DNA of 64,000 nucleotides from Balanoglossus misakiensis. Taxonomy: Eukaryota > Animalia > Hemichordata. The position numbers and the translations under genes are program-made. Each line of letters starts with the position of its first letter. Positions within the stretch are counted from its first letter, which is position 1. This document shows, piece after piece, positions 10,883 through 25,300 of the stretch. Below the pieces are notes generated by a model that worked only from the letters and a program-made list of their open reading frames with translations, made no database searches and was not told the DNA's origin. The DNA lies in assembly GCA_040954595.2 (NCBI GenBank), contig CM082577.2:7775846-7839845 (forward strand), given 5' to 3'.

Positions 10883-13800
10883 ATGATGTTTTATGTGATC
10901 ACATACAATTAATTGATTGATTGATTAATTAATTAATTAAGTTTAGGCTGAAAACAAAAAAGCTGAGGAGGAGAATGTTTACCTATAATATTGGCTTTGT
11001 TCTGGAACCTTCACTGGTTTCTTTAAAAGCTCCTTGACATCCGGGTTTATATATTGATACTTGTACGTTTCTACGTGTCGGTAAGGGTTTGCAATTTTCG
11101 GAACCTGACCGCCGACATGTGCTTCTGCGAGGTGAAGCGCCATCGTGTTATTCTCCGTGACTTTCGTCGTCGTTCTGTTACTCGGCTGCCGAGTGGGTAA
11201 CTCGGCAAGCGGTCCTGTTTCATTCTTGCGTCCTGGTTGCGGCGATGATGACGTGATGGGAATAACCAAAGCGCCACCATAGAATCTTGTCGTCGTCGAC
11301 GCTGTGGTATTATCCTCTGTGGAAGGTTGCGTGGTTGTTGCATTTGCACCGTCGCTTCCTCCCCGGAGATATGTTACAGTCGAGTTGCTCACAGTAGCCC
11401 TTTGTGGATTGGTAAAATGTCCCCCCTGAATGTAAGACTCCGAAAATCCTGTTCGACTCTCAAGAGTATCTTCAAGCACACCACCAGGATCGGATGACGT
11501 TGGTGGCGTGCTGTCTTTGCTGAAATGTCCACTTTTCATCAGTGCATCGACCAATTCGCTTTTCAGACTGTCATTCCTTATATTAATCTTATCGTTAATA
11601 ATGTGGAATAGATCTGTTCTGACTTTATCAACGGACGATAGCTCTGTTTCCAAATGATGGAATAGATTTCCTTGAAAGTTCAAAATTACGTCTGCATCAT
11701 GTCCAGCGTTAGCTCCATATCTATTGCCGAGCTCTGGAACCGTGGTTTCCACCCTGTCGCCAAATTGTTGAATATTCCAGTTTGGCCTTTTAACTTCTCT
11801 GTCCACGAACATTGATACTGTTACGGCTTTATCTGTTCTGTGTAGAAAATAACATGATTACTACCATTTGAGTCACAGGTCAATAGCGAGGGCAGACACA
11901 AAAACTCCAGACAGAGTTGGCGTCCGAACGCACCTCGAATTCAAAGGTCCTCTGATAATGTTGAAAGTAATACTGATGATACTTTGACTCATAAAGATTT
12001 TCTTTGTTTAAAAAAATGGGGGGGGGGGGGGGGTGTCAACCGGCAAGATTGGGGGAAAGCGCCCTCTATCAATCAAATTGTTGAGACATAGGAAGTTAAA
12101 GTTGGCTTAGGATAGACTGCAAAACAGTTCACTTTTAATTACTCTATTCGCAATATAGCGGACTAAGCAGCGTAGCAGTTTTCTTTTAGTGGCTGGGACA
12201 GACAACAAATTATTTCTCGAAACAGCTACACAACACCAATGTTTCACTTATTCTCACCATCATGTTATTCCATGGTCGACCTACCCTCCCCTGATGAAGA
12301 AATTTGACCGGTCTGTCATGTCGTGCACCTAATACACGTACGCTGTCGCTTGCGTGGCAACATCAAATTAACCAGGCCATGTATTTTTTTATGAAATTTC
12401 GATGCCAATATATTGGTTGAATTATTGGTGCAAGAAGTTACATGGGATTTTTTAATTACATGCAGTAAATTGTTTGATTGTTACTTCGACGTGTGAGGGC
12501 GCTCTGGTGCCGCTTCGCCACCTTCAGCTCAAGACTTTTGCCAAATTTCACAATTTAGGAACTGCTGCAGGCCTAACGCTGACGTTACATGTACTAAGCT
12601 GATGATGACATGTCCACATGACTTGTTTCTATGCAAATTAGCGCTGCATAATTCCCCCAAAATTCAAAACGAATATAACTTGACTCACCACCTAAAAATA
12701 TTTTGTTTAGTTTACAAAACAAAACAAAAATCAAATTAAAATCTTTCAAATGGTTCTGAATGCCATATACATGCTAAAAAAAACCATTTGACAGTTGGCC
12801 GAAAATCGATTTTCCTAAAGTATGCAAATTACTGTTGATGGCAATGAGCTATAGGCCTCACAGGTGGCGTTCTCGCAGCTGTGGGCACCGCGTTGATATG
12901 CACCTAGTCCCATTGTGTCAAACTTCGCCCCTTTTGTTCACTTGTTAACGCGTACATTTGAGAGTCATTAAAATGAAGAAGAGCCCACTCCTGTCCTTTT
13001 ATCTTCACTTTATGGAGGGACCTTTTTATCATGCGCAGCTGTCTACATTTATACAGTAGTACAATGTCGCATTCACTTACCAAGTTCAAAACATTCGTCA
13101 TCTGGCAAAATCATGTCGGGGTATTTCACATGGGTTATATACAGTTATTACACATGGTCTTCACATGAGGTGTGTCATTTCTCATGGAAGTAAATATCCA
13201 TCATTAAAAAAATATATTTTATTCACGTGTCCAAAACCTGGTAGGGACATTTGAGTCGACGTGCATTTTAAATTATGAGGGTATATATTAAAACTTTAAT
13301 ATCAGTCAGACGCATGAAATAATTTGTTTTTATTTTTAGGACTGCGTGGTGAAATATTGTGATGTAGGTTGATAACTAAGTGCGATCAAACACCGTATAT
13401 CTATTTTTGCTAGAGGGTCATTTATTTTCAGGCAGTGAAAACCGTTATATGTTTTCATTATAATGGATATTAATTCACAATCTTTTATATTGGTTTTTCT
13501 CACAGGTCATGAAAATGTATAACTGGGGTTTTGTTATTTATAACGAGCACATTTTCCTTGTGCTTGAGGAAATTTCAAGAGCTTGAGTTGACTTTGTAGA
13601 AGAAGAAGAAGAAGAAAAGAAAATACAGTTGGTGCGCATTAACCTAATACTCAGCTGTAACTTTTTATGCATTTTACCACCTACATGTATTTCAAAATAC
13701 TTCGTGTTTCTGGTTCCGTGTACCGGCGATTGATTCGATTCGTGCCCATTGCATTCTGCTGGTATTACCACCATTAATAACCCACTGTATAGAAAAATGT

Positions 13801-14055
13801 TTTGTCTATTCATTGTGATAACGGAAATACTGTTTAACAACGACAACACGCCAGCTTTACTATAAATCCTCGGAAAACACCATTATGTCAATTCGGTTTC
13901 CAACTGACGCAGAGCAAATGTCAGATATGCTGTTTGTTTTCCATTGCACCATGCCCACTGTATTACGGCAAACAGTGTAACGCGATCACCAGACTACTGG
14001 AGTGATCTGTTGATCGCCTTATGAATGAAACGCTGAGTTCCAATGCACATAAAAT

Positions 14056-14106
<51 letters not shown>

Positions 14107-14749
14107 GTTTATTCAGCCCTATCCTTGCGATATTGAACATTTTACTACATACATACAAAGTAACATGTATATGTAGAATGTTATCGTAAATCCATGTTTT
14201 AACATGAACTGGATTTCAGTACCGTGTGGATAACAATGCATGACCTTAACTTGGGTACATCAGCATTCACGCCCGCATCAATATTTCTAACTTTTATTTT
14301 GAGCTTCTCCTGATGAGCTTAGCCAGGTTTAATTTATGCACGTGCACCTGTTGCCACAGATGTTCATTCGCACCGCCATATTGCTTTAGTTTCTAAAAAT
14401 AATTGGTATAAATTTCATAAGCCCGCTTTGGACTTGGTCTTAATATGCATATGACTAAGAAGTTCCAGTATTTGAACGACACATGCAAACAACTGATGAC
14501 GGGATACCACTACCGTTAACATATAATTGTTTGCATGATTATCACATTAATAACGATTATCAAATAAATATTAGCACTTTGTAACGTGAGCCATCTCAAA
14601 TATTGCCATTTGTAAACGTACACTGGTGTAAACGTATACCACACATAAGGAATAATTACTTACTCGTAGAGTAGGAAAGTTGCCACGAACAGGGTAACTA
14701 TCAAAACAAGGAAGAGCGTCTTAGCCATGGTGAGGCGGCGTTTCATCAT
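4839..14749 (-). CDS. HEXD: Hexosaminidase D-like GH20 enzyme, copy 1; type II membrane anchor and long Ser/Thr-rich stem; ~15 coding exons
   Basis: Exon 14664-14749 encodes MMKRRLTMAKTLFLVLIVTLFVATFLLY; stem exon 10983-11837. Motifs: [12 protein letters not shown] (10611-10665), [22 protein letters not shown], catalytic HIGCDE (8930-9015), IIWDDMLR, VWAASAFKG, FTGWQRYDHY..CELLP. Exon phases compatible; stop 4839-4841. Confidence 0.92.
7081..7365. mobile_element. ~285-bp element with imperfect terminal inverted repeats (MITE-like), intronic
   Basis: CCCGCGGTGGCCAGACGG (7081-7098) versus CCGTCTGGACACCAGGGA (7348-7365). Confidence 0.45.
8832..8903. repeat. (CAT)n microsatellite, intronic
   Basis: Perfect CAT run; produces the spurious poly-I and poly-S ORFs. 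Confidence 0.97.
10229..10420. repeat. (GAGT)n microsatellite, intronic
   Basis: Directly visible tetranucleotide array. Confidence 0.97.
10673..10883. repeat. Compound (AAAT)n(AAAC)n(AAAT)n microsatellite
   Basis: Directly visible; lies just upstream of the minus-strand 3' splice site at 10666-10668. Confidence 0.97.
14059..14102. repeat. (CT)n microsatellite
   Basis: Directly visible. Confidence 0.95.
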
Positions 14750-17700
14750 CGGTTGAACTTGAACTTAGACCATAGAGGAGGCTTCTTCACGGTGCTGATA
14801 ACAGACGACTTGCAAGAATTGCCACCACGCACGACGGCTGGCGAGTATACGCGTTATTCCTGTGTGCATACCCAAAGAGAGTAATGATATAAATATGGAA
14901 ATTGTCACAATATTTCCCATAACGCCTGTGCATCTATTTTTGGAATTGCATGCATAACTTTTAAATAAATATATTAATCCTCCGGCGCAAATGTGTCTGG
15001 AACTGAATCCATGTTTTTTTTTAGTTTTACCGGATTTTCGCAGGAAAGTAGAAAAAACTTCTTAATTTTTTGAAAATGTGTCAGTTACTGAATTGCCTTT
15101 TCAAAATAGACACCAAGCACGTCAATACACATGCCGATTTTCTCACTGAGAGGAAGACTGGACGATACATTAAAAACCGTTTCTCCTAAAATACAGCTCT
15201 ATGATGTATATATCATCTCCACATGAATGCCCATGAATGCCGATACTCAGTTGGATTAATGATATATTCTCACCATGACGTCATGTTTTTACATTTTATA
15301 AAAGCAATATACGAAAACGTTACATTTTATGATAAAATTACACCTTTAAAATCTAGTAATCCCCCCTCCCGGAACTTGTGTCACGTTACAGATATTCAAA
15401 ATTGAGAAGAAGAAAAAACAGAAATCACCGAGGAAAATCTAGAAAAATAGACCGCATCTTTAAATACAACACAAAGTGTGAAAGAACAAAACGCATCGTG
15501 GAGCCTCACTTGTATTCCAGTATGTTAAGTTTGAAAATCAGCGAACTTTTCATTGGCAAGCAGTTGTCATTCACTGCAATGGCACAGTGATACACCATGT
15601 TATATCTGATATGCCATTGTCATGCACCAGATACATCTGATTTGCCATCATTGCACAATTAAGCATGCAATCGTACAGCTTGCCCTGTATACAAGTGCCC
15701 CCGTTATTATTCCCTACCTTTGTCGTTTCGCTATACACAAGTGGAATTAATAGTTCCGACACCAACAAAAAAAATATCTCACGTTGTATAAAAGTACCTG
15801 TTACACACGACAATTGCGAGCATCGGGTAGAATCGTCTTAGACTTGGCGACGTGATTTTTTTTCCAGCTAGACGACGAACAGCTAGGGGGTTTGTGTGAA
15901 CGTGTTTCTCAGAATGGTGAGGATGCAACAATTACCAGGCAGTAATAAAATAGCGTCATGGCACTGTGCTCCATTTTGTGACGAACTATGCATGGCATCG
16001 TATCTGTAGTTTCTGAAATGTTGAAGTTCTTGGACAGTTCTCAGGTTTGCAGTGAAAATAATGGCTATTCTATTGACTATAAGCGTTCGATTACGGTGAT
16101 CATGCGATTTCATTTGATCATTGAATTTAATATCCGCTGATTGAAATATATGCAAAATGCAAAATATTTATGTACATCGGATTGTGCTCGATGTACCATA
16201 AAAACTACAGACGGCTCGCAGAACATCAGATGGAACACTGTAAGCCTAAGGCTCTTTGAATGATAATTATAACAAAATGTTTTAAAAACTACTTCAGCAA
16301 TCATCACATATGAATGCTCATAAAGCATATTAGTAAACAGAGGAAGTAAAAACCCTTTTTACTAATATAGCCGGGTCAGCTGACCACGCAATGTTTGTGT
16401 AGGGGTTGAAAAAACAGTCAATGGGCAATTAACAGACATGGACTGTTTCTTTAGAGATATTTATTTTATTAATGATCAAACAAAAACTGACCCAATAATA
16501 AGCAACGTACCATCTATTACTTATAGATGCACAAATATGATCATATCTCCAAAACGTTCAAATATGCAAAGTAGCAGATCATTGACATTTACAATTCAAA
16601 CGTCTCTTACGTTATGCTACCAGTAATAACACTCTGGTCATGTTTGCGTAAAATAGTGAACAATCAAAGACCTGTCAGATTGTGCTACACTTTTTTTGCT
16701 GGTTTGCAAACTGTGTGGAAGGACTGTGATCACGTGATAAAAAAAACGTTAAGCAACGCTTCCAACTCTGAACTTTCCGGACATACCATAAACATTTTAA
16801 TGGGGACATATTTTGTTAAATACAGTATGTATCTGTTCATATATAACAGTTAAATGACTCTCACCTTTACTTGTGGATATCACCTGAAGAGCAAAGTGAT
16901 TTTTTTCACGTCGTGGCTGATATTCATAATACTTCTGCCATGCTGTTTACAAGTTCATTTACAGATACGTGTATCATCACATTTGTTTTTCTGTGACGTG
17001 ATTGCTACACAGTCAGCATTCAATCAACAAGGCAGCACAGAAACACGCAAACAGGACAAGGACATGCTGTCTGAAGTCTTTTTTGCCCATTGATGACACC
17101 TGTTGCCAGATACATGCAATTGCCCTCATAACTGCCAAAGTGTTCTCTGTTAAGTCACACACAGACACAATCATTCCTTTTTCTTGTATAAAGCTTCCAT
17201 TCACCAGTCCACAAAAGTGTCCGTGCCAAGCCTCGGATTTCCAATCGAAATCTCCATTGTATGATCATTTTCAAACATTGCAGAGAAATTGATAAAAATT
17301 AATTCAAACATTAGACCTAAATAGTCAACTTACTTTTTTCAGCCATTGCAAAGTATCGGTGCCGGGGCCGTTGAAATCACACTTGTCTCTGTTTGCACTA
17401 GGAGATTGGAGTTCGCCAGAATGTTTCATTTTATGGTGTTGTCACCAAAAGCAGCAAAATATTACGCACCAATACATGTCCGATCCAGTCTGCGCTTTTT
17501 CAATAAGCAGACAGTCAAATGGCCGATAGGCTGCATACATGTACCATTATGTTTTGATTCCAATTGTACAGTTGCAGCCAGTACGTAGGAAGTACTGGTA
17601 AAATACGTGAACGGATATTATCACAGAATTAAATGCAGAACAAACGTGAAAAGATCGTCTTTTCAGCCATGCAAAAACCATGTCAATGAGATCAAGTGGT

Positions 17701-18034
17701 ACCAGCTGCCAATATGACATTAATCGATTTCACAAAGTAGTCTACATATTTGTCATAGAATTTCATTGATAATAGGCCTTTGTGAGATGAACAAATTTCA
17801 CAGTTATACATTACGTATTATCACTATAGCAACCTGAAAATATTTTAAAGGCTTTCAGGACAAGCTTGAAACATGTCTGAATGTTTATTCCCACATTTCT
17901 GAAAAATATTTATACACTGATCAAAAAAAAAACTAAAATAGCTTTCATACCTAATGACATTTATAATATTACAGCACATGGGAAATTTTACTCTTTTAAC
18001 GAACCCTTCATTTTAGTTTTTACCTTTAAAAATA

Positions 18035-18089
18035 TGATGGTGGTGGTGGTGGTGGTGGTGGTGATGATGATGATGATGATGATGATGAC

Positions 18090-18150
<61 letters not shown>
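18035..18150. repeat. (GGT)n(GAT)n microsatellite
   Basis: Directly visible; produces the spurious poly-V and poly-M ORF. Confidence 0.97.
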
Positions 18151-18152
<2 letters not shown>

Positions 18153-18865
18153 AAAAAAGACAAATGTCTGCAAAATGGATATTGATGAAAATGTATATTT
18201 AACTAACGTCATTCATACTATAACAATAGATGAAATTCCCATAAAAATACAAAGACAAAAATAACATTTATCTTATTAAATACTCAGTTGACCCATCATC
18301 CCTCTACATGTATACAGCAGAGGATATAGGCACAAGTTAAATATAGATTTTACTGCGTGCCAATAAAATACTTCAGGCCTCACACCAAAACAGACAACTG
18401 ATCCTCACTATACCTGCGCCACTTTAACGAAAGACTAAACCTGTGATGAAACAAAGTTTCCTATTGAGTGAATTATGTCAATATATACATAGACTTATTT
18501 CAGGGAAATTGACAATTTTAACTTGGAAAATTACTTATTACCGGAATCATTTCTATGTGACTGTGATGTTTTTATTTATTTTCATGCACAATATGCTTCG
18601 GTGTATTTTGTGTACTGATCATTAAACATTATGAAACGGAGAGAATTTTCAGGGTTGTATTACATGAATTCTGTAGAAAAGTGTTCACAATATTTGTACA
18701 TAAGATATGTTCACAAAGAGGTTAAAAGCAAACTGTTCTTAACTGTGGCTTTGCTATTGTGATGGAAATGTTCATGGCAATCACAGTGACTCCTAATGGT
18801 TTACCGAACGGCAGCTGAATACGAAATTTGACGCAGTCATGTTGGGTATTAAAATGATACAGCAT

Positions 18866-19160
18866 TCAGTTGTCATCAGGCGATTGTACTCTCTGGACCT
18901 CGTGTTGCGCTTGTTCGCTCTTTTCCCGGATTGAGGACAGCTTACTCCGAAGTGGGTCAGCTGTAGTTTGCATCCATTCCATCACTGATCTTTGCTGGTA
19001 CGTTTCGGGTAGTTCTCTTTCCAGTACATCTATTACTGGGTTAATTGCTTTCCATAACCTGCAATATGATCGAGCCACACAAAGTCAGAATTATCTTATT
19101 TGAGGATTACATATACTTCTGATCGCAACCAAATAGTAGAAGATGACATACATACATACA

Positions 19161-19192
<32 letters not shown>

Positions 19193-19312
19193 CATACATA
19201 CATACATACATACACATACATACATACATACATACATACATACATACATACATACATACATACATACATACATACATACATACATACATACATACATACA
19301 TACATACATACA

Positions 19313-19343
<31 letters not shown>

Positions 19344-22300
19344 GAAACTACAACCTGCTTCAGTTACGATCTCTCAAAAAGATAATTTCAAACATACATG
19401 TACTTCATGTTGGGAATATGTTCAACATATGATTCAATCTCAAGAGTAATATTTATGATATATGAAATATTTTGAATATTGACACCATCTATGCTACTCC
19501 TTACAGCAAATGCCAACATATGCTGCCGTCAGTCTCCAATTAATTTCCAGTTTATTTTGTTTGCACGTCTTGTACAACTGGTCCATTGTCCATATGCCTA
19601 GCAATTACCATTCTTTAGCAACAAAATAAGTAGATGTTGTCAATGTATGCTACAGACACCAATTCACCATATGGTTACAGGAATTGCTTTCACAATCATA
19701 ACAGGTCATAGCATTTATATCTAAAGGGGAATCCGGTTGTTTTCATGGTGGGGAATAATTGCATCAATTCAATACCTATTTTCTGAACTGCTTGCGGATG
19801 GACTTTTTTGTTTGCATAACAGCTAGATCATTTTGATGATTGACCATAACCAAAGTACACTCAACGTTTAATAACAGTAAGATTATTGCTGTTGTATACC
19901 AGGGTAATTAATGTTTCACTGTCTCTTATCATGACAATCTCTGGTATATGCAAGATAGTGTGTCTGAATACCAATGTAGATGATTGCATATTTTTGGATA
20001 TTGTTATGTTAGGCCAACATTGATATGTCTCTCATTATATTTTAAATGACATACTTGTTAGCAAGCTGGTAGATCAATTGCATTCTTCCAGGGTCTGTTA
20101 GATGGTGTTCTAACTGAAACTCAGTCATCCAACCTTCAAATCTGCAAAGAGCAATAAGGAAAAAACAAGCCAACATGTATAAAACAGTTACTTTTTCCTG
20201 TGAAAAGTTTTGAAAAACTTCAATAAATTTTTCAAAATCTTATACAAGGCCTGAGGGAAATAGTATTGTGTGGTTCTAATAAAGTAATCGACGTGAATTC
20301 TGGCAGAAAGTTCATTGGTTAGAAACAAGTGTTATACCTGGCCATAGGGTTTCCATATAGTTTCTGCATTGCTTCAGAATATTCCAGGTGAACCAACATC
20401 ATAGTTGCTGAAAATATCATGCTGCCTGGAAAATCCCCCGCATTTTTCATGGAAGAAATGCTACAAAATAAAAGAAAACAGCCAGAATTACACTTTAAAT
20501 TATTTCAATTAAATGTAACAGATTTCCAACACTCACAGAATTACGTGGCATTTGCAGTACATGAATGTTTCTACAATTGGACAACTCAGTCAAACTTCAC
20601 ATACCGGTACTTTTGGGTTGTTGATGGTATGGATGTATCATGCTTGCATATAATTTTCATTCTAAGAGACTACTTGTTGATGTTGGACGCAAGTTTTCTA
20701 GTGTTTCTAATGATTCAGGTTCAACAATCAATTTAACATTCACATCTTCACAGATACTTTACAAAGCAAATCTTTTTAAGTGCTCTTTTATCAAAATTAT
20801 CATTTTTTTTCTCGATTTATAAATTGCCGGATGATGATAGACTTACTCTGAGACTTCAAGCATGTCTAGACTCAGCTGTAAAGGTTTCTTGAATCCAAGT
20901 GATTGGGATACATTTTGGTGAATCCTTTCATTGAAACCACCTGAGGGGGAAACAAATTTAATCTGTGTCTATCCCTTTTTCACCTAACAAGTCTAAAATG
21001 AGATTAAGTGAAATGATCAGTAACACATGATTTTGAAAGGAAGTATGATGTCCTAACAACAGACAAGATGGCGGCGACCATATTGGACGTAATGTTTGTA
21101 CACACAAAGTAAAATATACATGTTGATGCTGTGTAAATCAGAGAAGATTCTGTTTCCTACCTTCTATCAGTGTTTGCAGACAGAAAGCCAGAGATGGTAA
21201 ACCAGCTGGTAGAAGCTCACATAATACCGCATAATGATCATACCTTTAACACAAATAAACAGGAATGAAGTGTTCTGACTCAAAAAGATTAAACTAATAA
21301 TTTCCTCTTTTACAAACAATGAAATACTATACATGCAAAACACTTTGATTAGCTGCATAATTTTTAATCATACTGGTCTAACTGAATTCCCAACTCAATT
21401 CCATCATAAGTACTTTTTCTGGGTAATATTTTGATGATCAATAACATATTTTATTCAGTGCAAGGTTTACAACTTTGCTTTTGGAGTTTTTACCCTGGAG
21501 TTCCTTCACTTCACACTGTAACAATATCACAATATATTTGGAAAGGAAATAACTCAAGAAAGAAGTAAAAGTATTTATAGAATACCTCTGCCATCCAGTC
21601 AAGGCATACCCTTTGAGATTGACATTTGCAGGCACCTCCTGGTTGACAACATCAAGCCACAAATGATGGTTTCCAATGTGTTTTGCAATGTCTACATAGT
21701 ACTGGGCAACTCCACTGGCTCCTGCGGAGATAAGGAATAAAAGGCAATAGAGAAATGACCTCGCATCTTTGCAGCAAGCTCTTGTGTCCTTTATTGCAGG
21801 GTTTAATTACCACCTCTACTGCAGAGCCACATTTGGCTGCGACCGACCGCAGTCGCCATGATTCTGGATCTTTTCGCTGCACAGACATATTCTCTGCAAG
21901 AACAGCGCATTGTGTCTGCATGAGCACCACCTACACTGCAGAACTCCTGCCAAGAATTATTTACCAAATGGGAGTACATGTACTACCAATGTATGTAGAG
22001 TGCAATTTGTGTTTTTTCATCTTATACAGGCGTAATATTTAAAGGCCTTGCTCAACAGTGGGTCAAATCTTTTGTTTCCAATGAACAGTTACGTGCTAAC
22101 ACAAAGGCTTTCTTGTTTGCCTTCATTGTACCGCCCTGGGATCGAGAAAACGGCCTTTAACATCCTGAAGTTTCTGTGCCTACCTTTGAATGCTGATGCT
22201 ACCCAAATGTTACTGAACACCTCACTGTATCTTCCCCAAACTTCTGTTGGTACTGTTCTGTGGAAGAGTTCTGTATTCCATTTGTAATTCCAGATCATGG

Positions 22301-25300
22301 GTTCCACAAGATTTCCTAAATCGTAGGCTGTATATATAATATAGAAGTTGCAAGAAATTAATGTTAAGAATTCATTTTGTCATCACAGGTAAAAAGATCA
22401 CTTTACTAGTAAGTCACTATACCTCTCTGAAACACCATCTATAGATAATTAATTAAGGCATAATTAAGGCTTTTATTCTCTGACTATTATGGTTTTGTCG
22501 AAATATGTTTTCTATGGTAAAAAGGGTACAGTGGTGAAAGATTTAGTTTCCACCATTATTAAAAAAACTACACATTGCTCATACCTTTCAATTGCGATGA
22601 ATTAACATGTCTAAACATATCATCCCACATGATTGGTTGCACATGAGGGTATGTGTCATGAATGTGTCGCAATGTTCTCACAACATGACTTAAAAATAGC
22701 CTCTCTCTGCTCCCATGAAACTCTGTCTCCAATCTGCTCTGGCACACGTCGCACCTGCCCAGATATACAACCTGTATTGGACGCAGATAAAATATTATCG
22801 TACATAATTATTTTGAGAATGTCCTCCTTCATTCCACAATGACGTAATGCAAACCATAAAGCAGTACACATCCAACTGATGTGACCCGATCTCTTAAGGT
22901 TACTTTTAACTGTTCAATTTCTTTTACAGCTTCTTCTTCAAACAGGTGACAAAACAGAGGTACAGAAATGTTCACCATAATGATCCCCATAAAGAAGACA
23001 ACTTAAAGCCTATGGTTGTATGTTCCTATACAAAAAACAACTGACTTATGCATACCTCATCTGCTCCAATGTGTAAATAACGTAAATTGGGATGAGATTC
23101 TACAATCTGATCAATCATGCGCTTCACAACATTGAAGGACTCTGTGGCAAAGATGAAACAGTAACAATGAATGTAGAAAGGTAATTTGTACAACTGACAT
23201 GAAAACTGACTGACCGGTAATCAGACATCACATGTGCCACCAGTGTATTAATAATTAAAGGTTTTCAATTTTGGCAAATGATAATAATAATAATCAAATA
23301 ATAATGTTTATATTCCCAAAACAGTATAAATTTACATAGTGATTCAATTATACCGGTACATGGGGAGGGAAAAGGAGGGCGGAAAAATAGTTGTCCAGCA
23401 ACTATAGTCGAGTCCGCCTCCACACTCAAACTTTTTTGCTGAGAGATCTAGGCAAGCTGTTCCTCAGTAACACATACCTGCCTCACGAGATTATATGCAA
23501 AAAAACATCACGAACCACTCAGTTCTGAGAAATGCACACTGGATAATCATATCACTTTTTATATCAAAATAAACTTGTAAAAATATATTGTGTAATATAA
23601 ACATTATGCATTAGTAAAAGACAAAGTGAGATGAATTTTGAAGATCTGTCAAAACAGGAGAATTTCATGTTCTGAAAAAGTACGTAATCTCTAACAGACA
23701 TCACACAATCTAATTTGCAACTAATTTCGTAACTGGCTCTGTATTTCACTTTTAGTGAAAGTAAACACTGCAGATATCGGCCATGTCAAATGTTATATGG
23801 CAAATCAGAATGAGATTACGCAAAAAGAATCCTAACTAAAAACAATATTTGCGTTCTGTGCAGACAACGTTCTACATACATCCTGTGGAAACCTGTTACA
23901 TGGTAAATCCCTGCCTCTGTACACATGCAATAGGTATGAACCACTCTACAGGTTCATAATCCTCTTTGTAAGCCAGACGAAGAGGAATATGACAGCTTTG
24001 TGCAATTTCCTTATATAACTATGCAGCATGTCATACTCCCTCTAGTATAAGATTGAGACTGGAAAAAACAACACGAATCATACCCACCCTCTTTTGATGG
24101 ACACAGAGCTTGTGGTGTCTCGGGCACTTCTCTTAAAAATGCAAACTTCTGATGCTTAAGTACAAACTGCGTATCCGAAAATAAACAAAGGCATGTAGAA
24201 CTTTAAAACTGCATGGTCATTTTATGTTGTTGTTTTTTCTCATCTGCTGGGAATTCATCTCAATATGTATGTTCCACATTCCTTGTGAGATATCTCTCAC
24301 ACATTTAAAAGTGCTGCAACCCCCCACATATCAGATAACAGCACTGCTCTGTAGTACATACCTACATAATTATAGTAAATATGATGTGATATGCACGTGG
24401 GACATATTGAAATCAATTCGCCGACAAAGAAATGCATACATGGGTGAATTTGATTGACAGAGAGAGGGAACAATGGTGTGATGTCACGTAAATTAAACTA
24501 CTGACATCAAAGAAAATGGCATTAATCGTCACTGCCATGGATTGGTCTAACTACCGGTACACAGTTTTTTATGGTTTACAGTTGGACATTCAAATACACA
24601 AAAATAGGGGCGTGACAAGTTAAATGCAGAGAAGACTTTTGCAAGAATTGAATCTGTTTATACCTCAAAGTGTCCAAATGTTTGTATAAGCGGAATGAAC
24701 TCCATCCCATTCTCTTGAGCAACTTCTTGCAGCCTCTGCGTTTCCTCCAAGGTGTATGCGTCGGAGACTTGAAGTTCACTGAGTTCATCTCTGTAGGGAA
24801 ATGTATCCTCGTATTCCACCAATAATCCTGTCGCTCCCCATTTGGCAAAGAGAGGAATCACCTATCAAAAACATGCCGTGGTTATTATCTACTGGCTAAG
24901 AAATTAGTATAGTACTGTAAAACACTTTATATTCGCGAGTTGAAATTTTCGCGATATCGAGAGTGCATAACCACTGTTTCGCGAGTATTAATTTTCGCGT
25001 TCTCTTATTTCATTCACTGCATCGTTAACTTCAAAAAAATTTACGCGACTTTTTATTTTCACGCTATTTTGGCTCTCGCGTATTTCGCGTAAATTTATTG
25101 CTTGCGAAAATAAAGTGTCTTACAGTAAATTTAACTTATGTCCTGTTCACACAAAGCATATTTCAGCAACTCCTGAAACATTGCAAGTAAGACACGGTAG
25201 TATACTACAACTTCTGCAATATTACAAATTTTGCCAGATTTGAACATGGCTTTATAAGTAGTACACAACACATAATGAAGAATGCAAACTAAAATTTACG

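Noticed and set aside
12478-12510. Vault-RNA-like words TTACTTCGAC and GGGCGCTCT
   Set aside because: Too close together; no A box, B box, closing stem or terminator.
17881-19385. Poly-Met/Val, MYVC and HTYI repeat ORFs
   Set aside because: Artefacts of (GAT)n and (TACA)n microsatellites.
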